Of a stretch of 40,006 nt of DNA, positions 26,473-36,600 are shown piece after piece. Position numbers and translations under genes: made by a program. Each line of letters opens with the position of its first letter. Within the stretch, counting starts at the first letter, position 1. This DNA is from Sedimenticola sp. (GTDB lineage: Bacteria > Pseudomonadota > Gammaproteobacteria > Chromatiales > Chromatiaceae), in the NCBI GenBank assembly GCA_030619405.1, contig JAUXBK010000001.1:1-40006 (forward strand), written 5' to 3'. The notes below the pieces were generated by a model. It searched no databases. It was not told the DNA's origin and worked only from the letters and a program-made list of their open reading frames with translations.

Positions 26473-28440
26473 ATGTCGCCGGGAACCAATACAACAACCA
26501 TCCAGCTGACGCAACTGTTCGATCATCTGGACGGCGCCGTCTACATCGCCGACATGGCAACCTATGAGGTGCTCTATATCAACCCGTTCCTGCGGCAACT
26601 GTTTGGTGACGTGGAGGGGTCTCTCTGCTGGGAATCCCTGCAGAGTTGCCGGCAAGAGGGGCCCTGTGAATTCTGCACCAACTCGAGACTGCTGGACTCG
26701 GCCGGCAGGCCGGTTACGATCGCTCACTGGGAATCCACCGAGACCCTGGACGGACGTGGTTACAGTCTGCAGGATCAGGCCATCGAGTGGCCGGATGGGC
26801 GCATGGTCAAACTGGTGGTAGCCACCGACATCTCCGCCCGTCTCAGATCGGAAAAGGCCCTGCGTTTCCTGGCCGAATCGAGCCCCCAGCCGGACCCCGA
26901 CCCATTCTTTCAGCAGGCTCTGAGCCAGCTGGCAGAGTGCTGCGGCGCACGCTGGGCATTCGTCGCCCGGCTCACCGGTGAGGGGCAGAAAGCCGTTCGT
27001 ACCCTGACATTCTATGACCGAGGTCACTTCTCTCCCCCGGTCACTTGGCTGCTCAACGGTTCTCCCTGCGAACGACTCGGCCCTGGTAAGGTCAATCTGA
27101 TCGACGCGGGTGTCAGAGAGCAGTTTCCCAGCGATCTGCTGTTACAGACCCTTGCGGTCGAGAGCCATTTCTGCACCGCCCTCATGGCGGGCGACAGGGC
27201 CCTGGGTGTGCTGGTGGTAATGAATGACGGGCCGATGGTCATCCTCTCCAACACCGCTTTCATCCTGCGCTCCTTCGCCGTCCGCATGGCGGCCGAGATC
27301 CAACGTATGGAGAGCAGTGCAGAATCCCGTTCGGGTTCCATTGCTACCCGGGATCACGCCGATCAGGAGCTGAATTTCGCCACCAGCGTCTTCCACAACA
27401 GCCTGCCCAGCAACCCTCATGCCCTCTCCCGCATCGGTGAGATCTCCAAACTGATCATCGATACACTGGCCACCCCGTACCGGGTGGAGAAACACCAAGT
27501 CAGCCTCTCTGCCAGTATCGGGATTGCACTCTACCCGAAAGACGCGGGCAGCAGGGACGATCTGATCCTGTATGCCGACCGGGCCATGTATCATGCCAAG
27601 AAAAGTGGCCGAAGTACGTTCAAGTTCTACTCGAAACAGATCGACCTGCAGGCCCGCCGGCGCCTGGCGCTGGAGAAGCGCCTCGGAGCAGCACTCTCCA
27701 GAGGCGAATTTCGCATCCACTACCAACCTCAGATCGACCTGGAGAGCAGGCAGGTCAGCGGACTGGAGGCACTGGTGCGCTGGCAGTATGAAAGCGAACA
27801 GCTGCTCTATCCTGGTGAGTTCATCTCGGTCGCGGAACAGACCGGTCAGATGGTCGCCCTCGGCGAGTGGGTGCTTCGTACCGCCTGCAACCAGCTCTTT
27901 CAATGGCACCAGCTGGGCTTCGACGGGCTCTCGATTATCATCAATCTGAGTCCACAACAGTTGATGCAGAATGAGTTTCCGGCAAGGGTCGCCGCCATCC
28001 TCGAGGAGACTGGTATATCTTCGACGCAGCTCGAATTCGACACCCGGGAGCGATTTCTGCTGCAACCGGGAAGCGAAGCGTTCAGGGTTCTGAGCCAACT
28101 CAAGAAGATGGGAATCCGCATCGCCCTGGACGATTTCGGCAGCGGCTACTCATCGCTCATCCAGCTGCGCAACTCCCCCCTGGACATTATCAAGATGGAT
28201 CCCTCCTTCATCGACCGGATCGAGCAGAAACCGGATACGCTACACCTGGCAGCGGCCATCATCTCGCTGGCCCATGGCCTGAAACTTAAAATCGTGGCCG
28301 AGGGGGTCGAAAACAGAGCACAACTGGAATTTTTAAGCCGACACCGGTGTGATGGTGCCCAGGGCCTGATGCTGGGTGAACCCCTGCCGGCGGAGCAGAC
28401 GAGCTGTCTGCTCCAGTCGGGCTGGCAGCCACTTTCCTGA
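26473..28440 (+). CDS. Sensor c-di-GMP phosphodiesterase: PAS - GAF - GGDEF remnant - EAL
   Basis: 655 aa. The N-terminal PAS has a Cys cluster (CWESLQSCRQEGPCEFC). A GAF-like segment follows. Only the C-terminal part of a GGDEF domain is present (SASIGIALYP..YADRAMYHAKKSGR), and there is no GG(D/E)EF motif. The EAL domain has EALVRW, INLS, DDFGSGYSSL, IKMD, AEGVE and QG blocks. Confidence 0.88.
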   Translation: MSPGTNTTTIQLTQLFDHLDGAVYIADMATYEVLYINPFLRQLFGDVEGSLCWESLQSCRQEGPCEFCTNSRLLDSAGRPVTIAHWESTETLDGRGYSLQDQAIEWPDGRMVKLVVATDISARLRSEKALRFLAESSPQPDPDPFFQQALSQLAECCGARWAFVARLTGEGQKAVRTLTFYDRGHFSPPVTWLLNGSPCERLGPGKVNLIDAGVREQFPSDLLLQTLAVESHFCTALMAGDRALGVLVVMNDGPMVILSNTAFILRSFAVRMAAEIQRMESSAESRSGSIATRDHADQELNFATSVFHNSLPSNPHALSRIGEISKLIIDTLATPYRVEKHQVSLSASIGIALYPKDAGSRDDLILYADRAMYHAKKSGRSTFKFYSKQIDLQARRRLALEKRLGAALSRGEFRIHYQPQIDLESRQVSGLEALVRWQYESEQLLYPGEFISVAEQTGQMVALGEWVLRTACNQLFQWHQLGFDGLSIIINLSPQQLMQNEFPARVAAILEETGISSTQLEFDTRERFLLQPGSEAFRVLSQLKKMGIRIALDDFGSGYSSLIQLRNSPLDIIKMDPSFIDRIEQKPDTLHLAAAIISLAHGLKLKIVAEGVENRAQLEFLSRHRCDGAQGLMLGEPLPAEQTSCLLQSGWQPLS

Positions 28441-28500
28441 CCGGCAGAGCGCTCCACTACCACTCTTAATGCTTGATGCTATGTTACCGTCTGGAGTGAC

Positions 28501-28764
28501 GTGATATTCTTCGATGAATATACCAAGTTTCAGGAAAACAGACCCATGCCGTATTTCGTCTATCGGATCGAAACAGAGAATCAGCTCGAGTGCCTGGAAT
28601 CACACCCCAAATACCGGGATGCACGCGATCGGGCCCGTGAACTCCGCGCCAATCAGCCCGAGGGCAATCAGGCCCTGATCCGACTGATCCACGCCAGCAC
28701 TGAGGCCGAAGCTGAAAAACTGCTGCTCACCCCGAGAGAAGCACCCATCGAGGGTGATGACTGA
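28501..28764 (+). CDS. Small hypothetical protein (72-87 aa)
   Basis: The ORF is charged and looks helical (RDARDRARELRANQPEG..EAEAEKLLL). The GTG at 28501 has a GGAG SD 4 nt upstream, and the ATG at 28546 is an alternative start. I recognise no family. Confidence 0.5.
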   Translation: MIFFDEYTKFQENRPMPYFVYRIETENQLECLESHPKYRDARDRARELRANQPEGNQALIRLIHASTEAEAEKLLLTPREAPIEGDD

Positions 28765-28845
28765 CAGTACTTCCTCTGCACGCACGGGATGCTCCGCGCC
28801 CATCAGAATTCATCGCCTGGGCCACTCAGAAAAAGGATCGTAAGC

Positions 28846-31116
28846 ATGGAGAAAGAGGCGAGCCAAGGCCACTCCAGCCAACTGCAAAAATATCTGCCCA
28901 CCCTGCATAAATGCCGGGACGCGGCCCTGTCCAGATTCAGTGAACAGCTGGACCAGATGTTCGAGCATGTGGAACCAGCGCTGCTCGACTTCATCGATAA
29001 GGCAGAGACCAACCAGAGCCAGTTTCAGTTCATCGATGCAATCAGCGTGGTCAACAGTCGCAAGGCGATGGTGAAACAGCGCTTCCAGGAAGAGATCTCC
29101 AGAGGTTTCACCGAATTCAGCCGTGGCCAGGCCATCAGCTACCCAGTGCCACTGCTTGACTCCCAGCGGGAAAAGACAGGCAGTCTGGAACTGGTCGGGG
29201 AAGACGAACTGAATCAGCGGCTGTCACTGCAGAACATGGTAGAAAGGGCGCAGAACAGCAGCTTTCAGCAGCTCTATGCGCTGAAACAGCGGCTGTCACT
29301 GATACGTGGTGGCCAGAAAATGGAACAGCCCGACACCCCTGGCGGACCACTCCATTGCACCTCCGCTTTCCAGACTGCAGCCGGCGAATTCGGGTTTGAG
29401 ACCAATATCCTGCTCATCACCTACGCCCTGTTCGATAAATTTGTCATGCGTCAACTGAAGGAGGTGTACGAAGCGTTCAATCAGGCGTTGATCGATGAAG
29501 GCGTATTTCCCAACCTGCAGCTGGAGATTCCCAGGTCCGAGGCGTCCGTGGCAGGGGACAACGACAACGAACCGGCAGCTGCCGCTGAGGCCGATTCCGA
29601 AACAGCCGGGAAAACCGACGCCGACGGCATGGACCTCACCCTCGGAGAGGAGCTGTTCAACTCAATCCGGAACCTGATGGCCTCCAGGCGACGCGGGGAT
29701 CCCCGCTACGCCCACCATCCCGACTACGACCAAAGCCCCGGCGCAGGCAGCGGCAGACAAACGATGGTGGATACGCCGACCCTGGTCTCCGCCATCGGCG
29801 ATCTTCAGCCGGACCACAGCGCATCCTTCCTGCCACAGCCTGACAAAGCGGGTAATCTCCCGGCCAGCGTCGAGGTCGATATGCAGATGCTGGAGCAGAT
29901 CCGGCAGCGCCTGATCCAGGAACGGGAGAAACTGTTTCGGGGTGTCGACCCCAGTGAGATACCCAGCGCCGACCTGGACACCATCGAGCTGGTAGGCATG
30001 TTATTCGAGCACGTACTGAATGAGAAGGATCTGCCAAACATCGCCAAGGCCCTGATCAGCCACCTGCACACCCCCTATCTCAAGGTAGCCATCCTCGATC
30101 ACCATTTCCTGATCGATTCGAAACACATCGCCCGCCGACTGCTCAACCTGATGGTGGATGCCGGGCGCATGTGGATCGAAGAACAGGATCTGCGGCGCGG
30201 CATCTATTACCCGATGCAGGAGCACGTCAACCGTATCCTGTCCGAATTCAAAGATGAAGTCAGCCTGTTCGATGAGATCTTTGAAACCCTCTCCAAGCAG
30301 CTGGAGGATTTGGAGCAAAAAGCCAGGGTGGTAGAGAACCGTGCGCGTGAAGCGACCCGGGGGAAGGAGCGTCTGGAGAGTGTCCGTACCCAGGCACATC
30401 GTTTCATCCAGGAACGGATCGGTGACAAGCGTTTTCACCCCATCATCGAGAATTTTCTGAACCATGCCTGGTTGGACAAAATGATTCTGATGTTGCTGCG
30501 CGACCCCCACGTCGAAACCACGCCCGAGTGGCAACAGGTGCTCCGTGTTATCGATGACCTGCTCTGGGCCTATCGTTCCCGGAACGACCTGCGGATGCGT
30601 ACGGCGCTGCAGGAGAGACTGCCTGACCTCAAACAGCGCATCGAGGAGGGTCTCGCCGCCATGGGCAACTTTCATCAACCAGCGCCCCAGACACTGTTCG
30701 ATCTGTTTTCCAACCTGCCTGAGACAGCACAGGCAGCGGGGAGTGAACCGAACATTTCCATCCCGGAACAGCGCCAGAAAAGGAAGAGCGCCACTCAGAA
30801 ACCTGCCACCCCCCCCCTGAGCGACCAGGAAAAAACGATGGTCGAAACCTTGAAGAAGGCCAGGTTCGGCACCTGGTTCGAACTGGAGGATGACACTGGA
30901 AAGACCCACTGCTTGAAACTATCCTGGTTCAGTCCGGTCACCGCCAAGTACATGTTCGTGGATAAATCCGGCATCAAGGCACTGGTGACCCCCATCGATG
31001 TGCTCGCCCGGCAGATGTGCAAAGGGAAGGGCAGGATTATACGGTATCCGAGCGCACCCTTCGTCGACCGCGCCCTGAAGACCGTCTTCCGTATGCTGCG
31101 CATGTCCAACACCTGA
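28846..31116 (+). CDS. DUF1631-family protein
   Basis: About 756 aa. The N-terminal pattern (ALSRFSEQLDQMFEHVEPALLDFIDKAETNQSQFQFIDAI..) and C-terminal pattern (ARFGTWFELEDD..CLKLSWFSPVTAKYMFVDKSG) are what I recall for DUF1631. An AAGGA SD precedes the ATG at 28846. Confidence 0.7.
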   Translation: MEKEASQGHSSQLQKYLPTLHKCRDAALSRFSEQLDQMFEHVEPALLDFIDKAETNQSQFQFIDAISVVNSRKAMVKQRFQEEISRGFTEFSRGQAISYPVPLLDSQREKTGSLELVGEDELNQRLSLQNMVERAQNSSFQQLYALKQRLSLIRGGQKMEQPDTPGGPLHCTSAFQTAAGEFGFETNILLITYALFDKFVMRQLKEVYEAFNQALIDEGVFPNLQLEIPRSEASVAGDNDNEPAAAAEADSETAGKTDADGMDLTLGEELFNSIRNLMASRRRGDPRYAHHPDYDQSPGAGSGRQTMVDTPTLVSAIGDLQPDHSASFLPQPDKAGNLPASVEVDMQMLEQIRQRLIQEREKLFRGVDPSEIPSADLDTIELVGMLFEHVLNEKDLPNIAKALISHLHTPYLKVAILDHHFLIDSKHIARRLLNLMVDAGRMWIEEQDLRRGIYYPMQEHVNRILSEFKDEVSLFDEIFETLSKQLEDLEQKARVVENRAREATRGKERLESVRTQAHRFIQERIGDKRFHPIIENFLNHAWLDKMILMLLRDPHVETTPEWQQVLRVIDDLLWAYRSRNDLRMRTALQERLPDLKQRIEEGLAAMGNFHQPAPQTLFDLFSNLPETAQAAGSEPNISIPEQRQKRKSATQKPATPPLSDQEKTMVETLKKARFGTWFELEDDTGKTHCLKLSWFSPVTAKYMFVDKSGIKALVTPIDVLARQMCKGKGRIIRYPSAPFVDRALKTVFRMLRMSNT

Positions 31117-31139
31117 CACACCAGCCCAGGAAAAGCACT

Positions 31140-31475
31140 ATGCAGGAAAATCGCTCCAGTCCACGCAAACAGCTCAATGAGAAGATCGATGTGCTCGATA
31201 TCAATTCGGGCGAGCTGCTGGGTACCCTGGTCAATATCTCACCCGGTGGCTTCATGCTGTTCTCCAATAAGCCAGTGGACAGCAACCGGCTGTTCCAACT
31301 GCGTCTGCAGATGCCGGAAGCCGATGCGGGAGAAACTCTGGAACTGGGTGCAGAGAGCCTCTGGTGCAAAGACACCACCCACTCCCGAGGTTACTGGGCT
31401 GGTTTTCAAATTATCGACATCTCGGAGCAAGGTATCAGACAGGTCAAGCAACTGTTCGACAACTGGGCCAAGTAG
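31140..31475 (+). CDS. PilZ-domain c-di-GMP receptor
   Basis: 111 aa. The RxxxR motif (RSSPR) and the D/NxSxxG motif (NISPGG) have canonical spacing. An AGGAAA SD precedes the ATG at 31140. Confidence 0.8.
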   Translation: MQENRSSPRKQLNEKIDVLDINSGELLGTLVNISPGGFMLFSNKPVDSNRLFQLRLQMPEADAGETLELGAESLWCKDTTHSRGYWAGFQIIDISEQGIRQVKQLFDNWAK

Positions 31476-31488
31476 AGTAGGGGCTGTT

Positions 31489-32118
31489 TCAGCTGTTACC
31501 GAGCAACGAGATCACTTTCCTGACGTAGTCACGGGTCTCTGGAAAGGGGGGAATCTGATTCCCGTATTTTCTGACTGCGTTCTCCCCCGCATTGTAAGCC
31601 GCCAGCACCAGTTCTAGATCATCGTCGAACATCTTCTTCAGGATCTTCAGATAGCGGGCGCCACCAACCAGATTCTGCTCCGGGTCCCAGCTGTCCCGCA
31701 CCCCAAAGCGGCGTGCGGTGGCCGGCATCAGCTGCATCAGGCCCTGAGCACCCTTGCGTGAAAGGGCCCGGGAATCGTACGCGGACTCTGCCCGGACCAC
31801 GGCATGGAGCAACCCCGGGTGTACCTGTTCACGCCGGGCGACCCGATCGATCAGCGGTGAGAGCCGCTTCCGGTTCTGCTTCATCCCGGCGATATCTATA
31901 CGCGAGTAGGAACCAAAGCGGGGATCATTACCCGATCGCCACAGCAACGTATAGCTGACACCTTTCATGGGACTGTCGGTGAAATAGAGATTACCCGAGC
32001 GATCCTCATACTTGTAGATCTCTGCCGTTGCGGGCAGGGTCTGAAATAGCAGAACCGTTGCGACCAAAGCCACAATCAAACCCGATACCGATGGCGTTTT
32101 CACTGGATGCTCTTCCAT
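31489..32118 (-). CDS. Lytic transglycosylase (DUF4124 N-terminus + SLT domain)
   Basis: 209 aa with a signal/TM segment. It has the EIYKYEDRSGNLYFTDSP block (DUF4124-like) and the SLT catalytic block AESAYDSRALSRKGAQGLMQLMP. Confidence 0.85.
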   Translation of the reverse strand: MEEHPVKTPSVSGLIVALVATVLLFQTLPATAEIYKYEDRSGNLYFTDSPMKGVSYTLLWRSGNDPRFGSYSRIDIAGMKQNRKRLSPLIDRVARREQVHPGLLHAVVRAESAYDSRALSRKGAQGLMQLMPATARRFGVRDSWDPEQNLVGGARYLKILKKMFDDDLELVLAAYNAGENAVRKYGNQIPPFPETRDYVRKVISLLGNS

Positions 32119-32211
32119 TGTCCGCTGAATGATACAGGCACTATATCGGCTGATCAGGATACACCTTTATGATGGTTGTGCTGATATTTACAGCTGAAAG
32201 CCGATATGCGC

Positions 32212-32913
32212 TCAGGCGTTCGCACGATGCTCCAGCCCGGCCCGGGCCGCCTGCTCCGGTCGGGCGCATATACCCTTGCTGACCAGATAGTCGATCACCT
32301 CTTCCGCCAGTTCATCCGGGCTTTTCTCCGCTGCCTTCAGGATCAGCTCCGGTGATTCGGGGGCCTCATAGGGGTCATCGATCCCGGTGAACCCCTTGAT
32401 CTCGCCCGCCCTTGCCTTTTTATAGAGTCCCTTTGGGTCTCGGGCCTCACACACCTCCAGCGGTGCATCCACGAACACTTCGACGTACTCACCTTCTTCC
32501 AGGGTGGCCCTGACACGGTCCCGGTCGACCCGATAAGGGCTGATAAAAGCGGTCAGGGCGATAATACCAGCCTCGGAGAAGAGCTGGGCCACGGCGCCGA
32601 TGCGACGAATGTTCTCTTCCCGATCGATGGCGGAAAAACCCAGCCCGAAACGCTCTGCAAACTGGCCACCATGCCGTTCTTTGAGCATTCCAGCGCCCGC
32701 ATTCAGGCCATGACGCACATTGTCGCCATCGAGCACCGCACTATGGATACTGTACCGATGAAGCTTGTGATCGAGGACATTGGCGACGGTACTCTTTCCC
32801 GACCCGCTCAAACCGGTAAACCAGATCACACACCCCTGATGCCCGTTGAGAGACTCCCTGTTGGTGCGGGAGACCTGGTGTTCGTGCCAAGTGACATTTG
32901 TATCATTGACCAT
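32212..32913 (-). CDS. cysC: Adenylyl-sulfate (APS) kinase
   Basis: It has the [10 protein letters not shown]-loop, [11 protein letters not shown] and FISPYR blocks. An AAGGAG SD sits 8 nt before the ATG at 32913. The C-terminus is about 30 aa longer than typical CysC. Confidence 0.9.
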   Translation of the reverse strand: MVNDTNVTWHEHQVSRTNRESLNGHQGCVIWFTGLSGSGKSTVANVLDHKLHRYSIHSAVLDGDNVRHGLNAGAGMLKERHGGQFAERFGLGFSAIDREENIRRIGAVAQLFSEAGIIALTAFISPYRVDRDRVRATLEEGEYVEVFVDAPLEVCEARDPKGLYKKARAGEIKGFTGIDDPYEAPESPELILKAAEKSPDELAEEVIDYLVSKGICARPEQAARAGLEHRANA

Positions 32914-32976
32914 GCTATTGACTCCTTGGAATGGATATGAAAAATGAGGTGATCGGAGGCTCATGCAAAACTATTA

Positions 32977-33075
32977 AATCCCCTCTCCCTTGAGGGAAAG
33001 GGCTATAAAATCTAAGCGTTATCTTTTTAGATCCCCTCACCCCAACCCTCTCCCGCAGGGAGAGGGGGTATTTTG
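32977..33075. repeat. Two family-1 REP-like elements in opposite orientation
   Basis: AAATCCCCTCTCCCTTGAGGGAAAGGGC lies at 32977-33003. CCCCTCACCCCAACCCTCTCCCGCAGGGAGAGGGGGTATTTT lies at 33033-33075 and matches the 21488-21530 copy. Confidence 0.8.
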
Positions 33076-33137
33076 GATGAACCTCACCGGACAATCTGCT
33101 GTCGGCCTGGCCCAGAAATCCTTTAGATTCCCCAGGT

Positions 33138-33626
33138 TCAGCGGCCGCAGCATTTCTTGTATTTCCTGCCACTGCCGCAGGGGCAGGGATCGTTACGCCC
33201 GACCCTGGGCCCTTCGCGGACCCGGGTCTTCGGTGGCACCACTTCACCGTCGACGAAGTACCAGCGGCCCTCCTCTCTCCTGAATCGGCTCCGTTCGTGA
33301 TGCTGGCGCACCACACCTTTATCCTTGTAGGTGGCAACGAACTCAACCATACCGTCGTCGTCATCCGGTTTCCCGCCCTCCCTCGTCAGGATCTCCAATC
33401 CCAGCCAGTCGGCGCTCTCCGCCCAGCGGCGAGTGGCAGCAGCATCGTGATCCGCCCGGTGTGCCGGGTGCAGGCTCTCCCCCAGATAGTCGAAGGCGTT
33501 CTCCACGAATGCACTGTAACGGGAACGCATCAGCGCCTCGGCGGTCTCCGCCTGCCGCTCGCCGGAGAGCAGCGGGCCGCAGCACTGCCCGAACTCAACA
33601 TTCGATCCACAGGGACAAAGGGGCAT
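33138..33626 (-). CDS. ychJ: YchJ-family protein (SEC-C motifs at both termini)
   Basis: 162 aa. The N-terminus reads [15 protein letters not shown] and the C-terminus reads [16 protein letters not shown]. Confidence 0.88.
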   Translation of the reverse strand: MPLCPCGSNVEFGQCCGPLLSGERQAETAEALMRSRYSAFVENAFDYLGESLHPAHRADHDAAATRRWAESADWLGLEILTREGGKPDDDDGMVEFVATYKDKGVVRQHHERSRFRREEGRWYFVDGEVVPPKTRVREGPRVGRNDPCPCGSGRKYKKCCGR

Positions 33627-33690
33627 GGGGTACTACCTCCAGAAAAACCGCGCCGACATTACCATGCCAGCCACAGGTTGTCGATCCGGG

Positions 33691-36600
33691 TTAGAGCCCC
33701 AGCTCCTGCCAGCGCTTTCTCAGCCGCTTGATCGACACCGGGTAGGCGGTCCCGACCTCCTGGGCGAACAGTGACACCCTCAACTCCTCGAAGGCCCAGC
33801 GCAGCTCCTCGATCCGCGGATCCTGCTTGCCGCTTTTACGGTACTTCTCGTCCCGCTCCTGCCACTGTCGATAGAACCCCTGCATCTCTTTCAGCCACTG
33901 CTGGTCCCGGCGTGCTGTATGCTGCAGTTTTTCCAGCCGCAGCGCCATTGCCTTCAAATAGCGTGGAAAATGCTGCAGCTGTCGATAGGGGGTGTGCTGC
34001 AGAAAACCGTGAAACACCAGCCGGTCGAGCTGCTGCTTCATGTCTGCCACAGAAGCCACCCAGTTGATCTGGGTGATACCGGAGAGCTCTCTGCGCAGTG
34101 ACTGATATCCAGCAAGTATCTCTGTCAGCAATTTCAGCGCCGCGTCCGCCCACCCCATCAGCTCACCCCGGCGTTCATCGAGCCGCTGCCTGAAAGATTC
34201 TTCATCGCGCACCGCCGGCATCCCTTCGATGAAACAGAGATCCACGATCAGTGCCACCAGTTCCCGCTCCAGCTCCTGCTTCCCCGGTGTCTCAAACCCT
34301 TTAGGTGGAGCGGCGGCCTTCGCATACTGCAGACGCAGCTGCTGCAGCCCGGGAAGATTGCGCCGCAGGTAACGGATCTCCCGCGGCAACTGCAGCATAA
34401 ACAGGCGCCGCAGGCCACCCAGAGTCGCCCGCTGCGCGTTCGCCTGTGAATCCAGTATCCGCAGATCGACCCTGGCTCCCCGATCCACCAGGGCCGGAAA
34501 GCCCATGAGCCGGATCCCACCCCGCTCCAGCATCACCGACTGCTGCAGCGTACCAAAGGTCCAGTCGGTCAGCCCCTCCCGTTCCAGCCCGCTATCGTCC
34601 AACGCCTGGTGCCCGACCTGCGCCTGGTCACCATAGCGCTGTTTCAGATCCAGCAGATCCCTGCCCGCAGCGATGCATTGCCCCCGGTTGTCCAGCAGCT
34701 GAAAATTCATCTGCAGATGACCCGGCAGCGTCGACTCATTCCAGGCAGCTTCCGGGATGTGGACGCCGGTCAAGGATTTGAGCTGTTCCGCCAGGGCACG
34801 GGTGAGGGGTTTGTCCGAGGGCTCCAGACGCTGCAGGCAGGCATCCGCATATTCGGGCACCGGCACGAAGGATCTGCGCAGTGACTTTGGCAATGTCCTC
34901 AGCAGCGCGATCACCCGCTCCCGCAGCAGCCCGGGCACCAGCCACTCACAGCGCTCCTCAGAGACCTGGTTGAGCACCGCCAGCGGGATCTTCAGGGTCA
35001 CCCCATCCGCCTGGTGCCCCGGCTCGAAGTGATATTCCAGGGGAAGCTGAACCCCGTTCAGGCTCATCTGGCCCGGAAAACGCTCCTCATCCGGCTGCTC
35101 CAGCGCACGGCTCATCAGATCCTGCAACCGCATGTGGAGTAGTTTTGGCTGGCTGGCGGTGGCGCTGCGAAGCCAGCGCTCGAAGCGGGGGGTGCTGTAG
35201 ATCCCCTCCGGGATGCGCTGGTCGTAGTACGCGTAGATTCGCTCTGCATCCACCAGCAGATCGCGACGGCGCGTCTTATGTTCCAGCATCTCCACCTCGT
35301 CGATCAGCTCCCGGTTGTGGCGCCAGAACCGGGCACGGGTGTGGAAGTCCCCGTCCACCAGGGCCGAACGGATGAAGATCTCCCGCGCCAGAACCGGGTC
35401 GATGGGGCCAAAATTGACCTTGCGCCTGGGCACCAAGGGAAGCCCGAACAGGGTGACTTTCTCGTAGGCGGCCACCTGGCCCCGCACTTTCTCCCAGTGG
35501 GGCTCGGACCAGCCCCGTTTGACCAGCTCCCCGGCCACCGACTCCACCCAGGCCGGCTGGATGAGCGCAGCGCTGCGAGCGTAGAGCCGGGTGGTCTCCA
35601 CCAGCTCCGCCGCCATCACCCATTTGGGCTGTTTCCTGAACAGGGCGGAACCGGGAAACAGCATGAATCGGCTGTTGCGTGTCCCCAGGTATTCGTGACC
35701 CTTGCCGCTGCCCTTGCGGCCGATGTGGGAGAGCAGCCCGGTCAGCAGCGCCCGGTGGATCTCCTCGTAACCGGCCTCCGCCTGGTTCTCCCGGAATCCC
35801 ATTCCGTGCATCTCGAGCCTCAGCTGCTGATGGATGTCACGCCACTCCTGAACCCGAGTCCAGGAGAGAAAAATCTTCTGGCAATGCTGGTGGAATTTGC
35901 GCCGGGAGAGGTGGCGCTGCTGCTCCTCCAGATGTCGCCAGAGGTTCAGGAACCCGAGGAAATCGGACTCCTCGTGGCGAAACGGGTGATGCGCCTCATC
36001 CGCTGCCTGCTGCTTCTCCAGGGGCCGGTCCCTGGGATCCTGAACACTCAAGGCCGCCGCGATCACCAGCACCTCGTTCAGACAGTGCCCCTGGGCGGCC
36101 GCCAGCAGCATGCGTCCGATACGGGGATCTACCGGCAGCCTGGCCAGCTGCCGGCCCAGCGGGGTGACCTGGCGGTCGCCGCCGATGGCGCCAATCTCGG
36201 ACAGGATACGGTAGCCATCCCGGATCAACCGGTTGTCCGGCGGATCGACGAAGGGAAACGCCTCGATCTCACCAAAGCCCAGGATCTTCATCTGCAGGAT
36301 CACCGACGCCAGATTGGTGCGCAGGATCTCCGGCTCGGTGAATTCGGGTCGCGCCTCGAACGCCTCTTCCGGGTAGAGGCGGATGCAGATGCCCGCCGCC
36401 ACCCGGCCACACCGCCCCTTGCGCTGGTCGGAGCTGGCCCGCGAGATCTGCTCCACCGGCAGCCGCTGCACCTTGCTGCGGTGGCTGTAGCGGCTGATAC
36501 GGGCAAAACCGGTGTCGATGACGTAGTGGATCCCCGGAACCGTCAGCGAGGTCTCGGCCACATTGGTGGCAAGGATGATGCGCCGCTGCCCCCCGGGTTG

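Noticed and set aside
26256-26501. 81-aa minus-strand ORF in the AT-rich spacer.
   Set aside because: It has no SD and no recognisable motif. It overlaps the start of the PAS-GAF-EAL gene and its composition looks like translated non-coding DNA.
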